From positions 5,763,090-5,797,715 of the forward strand of contig NC_068999.1 of the NCBI RefSeq assembly GCF_001194135.2: a DNA stretch of 34,626 nucleotides. The letters are read 5' to 3'. This document shows, one piece after another, positions 34,561-34,626 of this stretch. The notes beneath the pieces were generated by a model that saw only the letters and a list, made by a program, of their open reading frames with translations, made no database searches and was not told where the DNA came from. Made by a program: the position numbers and the translations under genes. Each line of letters opens with the position of its first letter. Within the stretch, counting starts at the first letter, position 1. The stretch is from Octopus bimaculoides. Its lineage: Eukaryota.

Positions 34561-34626
34561 CCACAAATCGTACCAGCCAACATCAACACCACTTCCAAGA
34601 CCATCATATATATGTGTATATATATA

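Overview
Eukaryotic, AT-rich genomic DNA saturated with microsatellites, with 17 N-gaps totalling about 4.2 kb (about 12% of the window). The microsatellite load and the repeat families look like an octopod (coleoid cephalopod) draft assembly; this is an inference from repeat style, not a database match. Nearly all ORF-track entries are translations of microsatellites or gaps. No intact gene, RNA gene or CRISPR array is present. Supportable content: three tRNA-derived SINE families in many copies; decayed retroelement coding relics (CR1-like, Penelope-like RT, four R4/Dong-like RLE fragments, two L1/Tx1-like zinc-finger ends, a possible RNase H piece); a fold-back mariner MITE; and a Helentron-associated (HINE-like) element. 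There is also one good candidate coding exon (minus strand, 31506-31605) and a promoter-like motif cluster near 11.2-11.5 kb. Best leads: a dispersed repeat with a variant minimal hammerhead-ribozyme fold (CUGUUGAA core), a decayed 23-aa STPR-like repeat, microsatellite-targeted retroelement and SINE insertions, and several closely spaced inverted SINE pairs. I found no evidence for a complete new system. Family names SINE-A, SINE-B, SINE-C and repeat D are my own labels, and relic boundaries are approximate.
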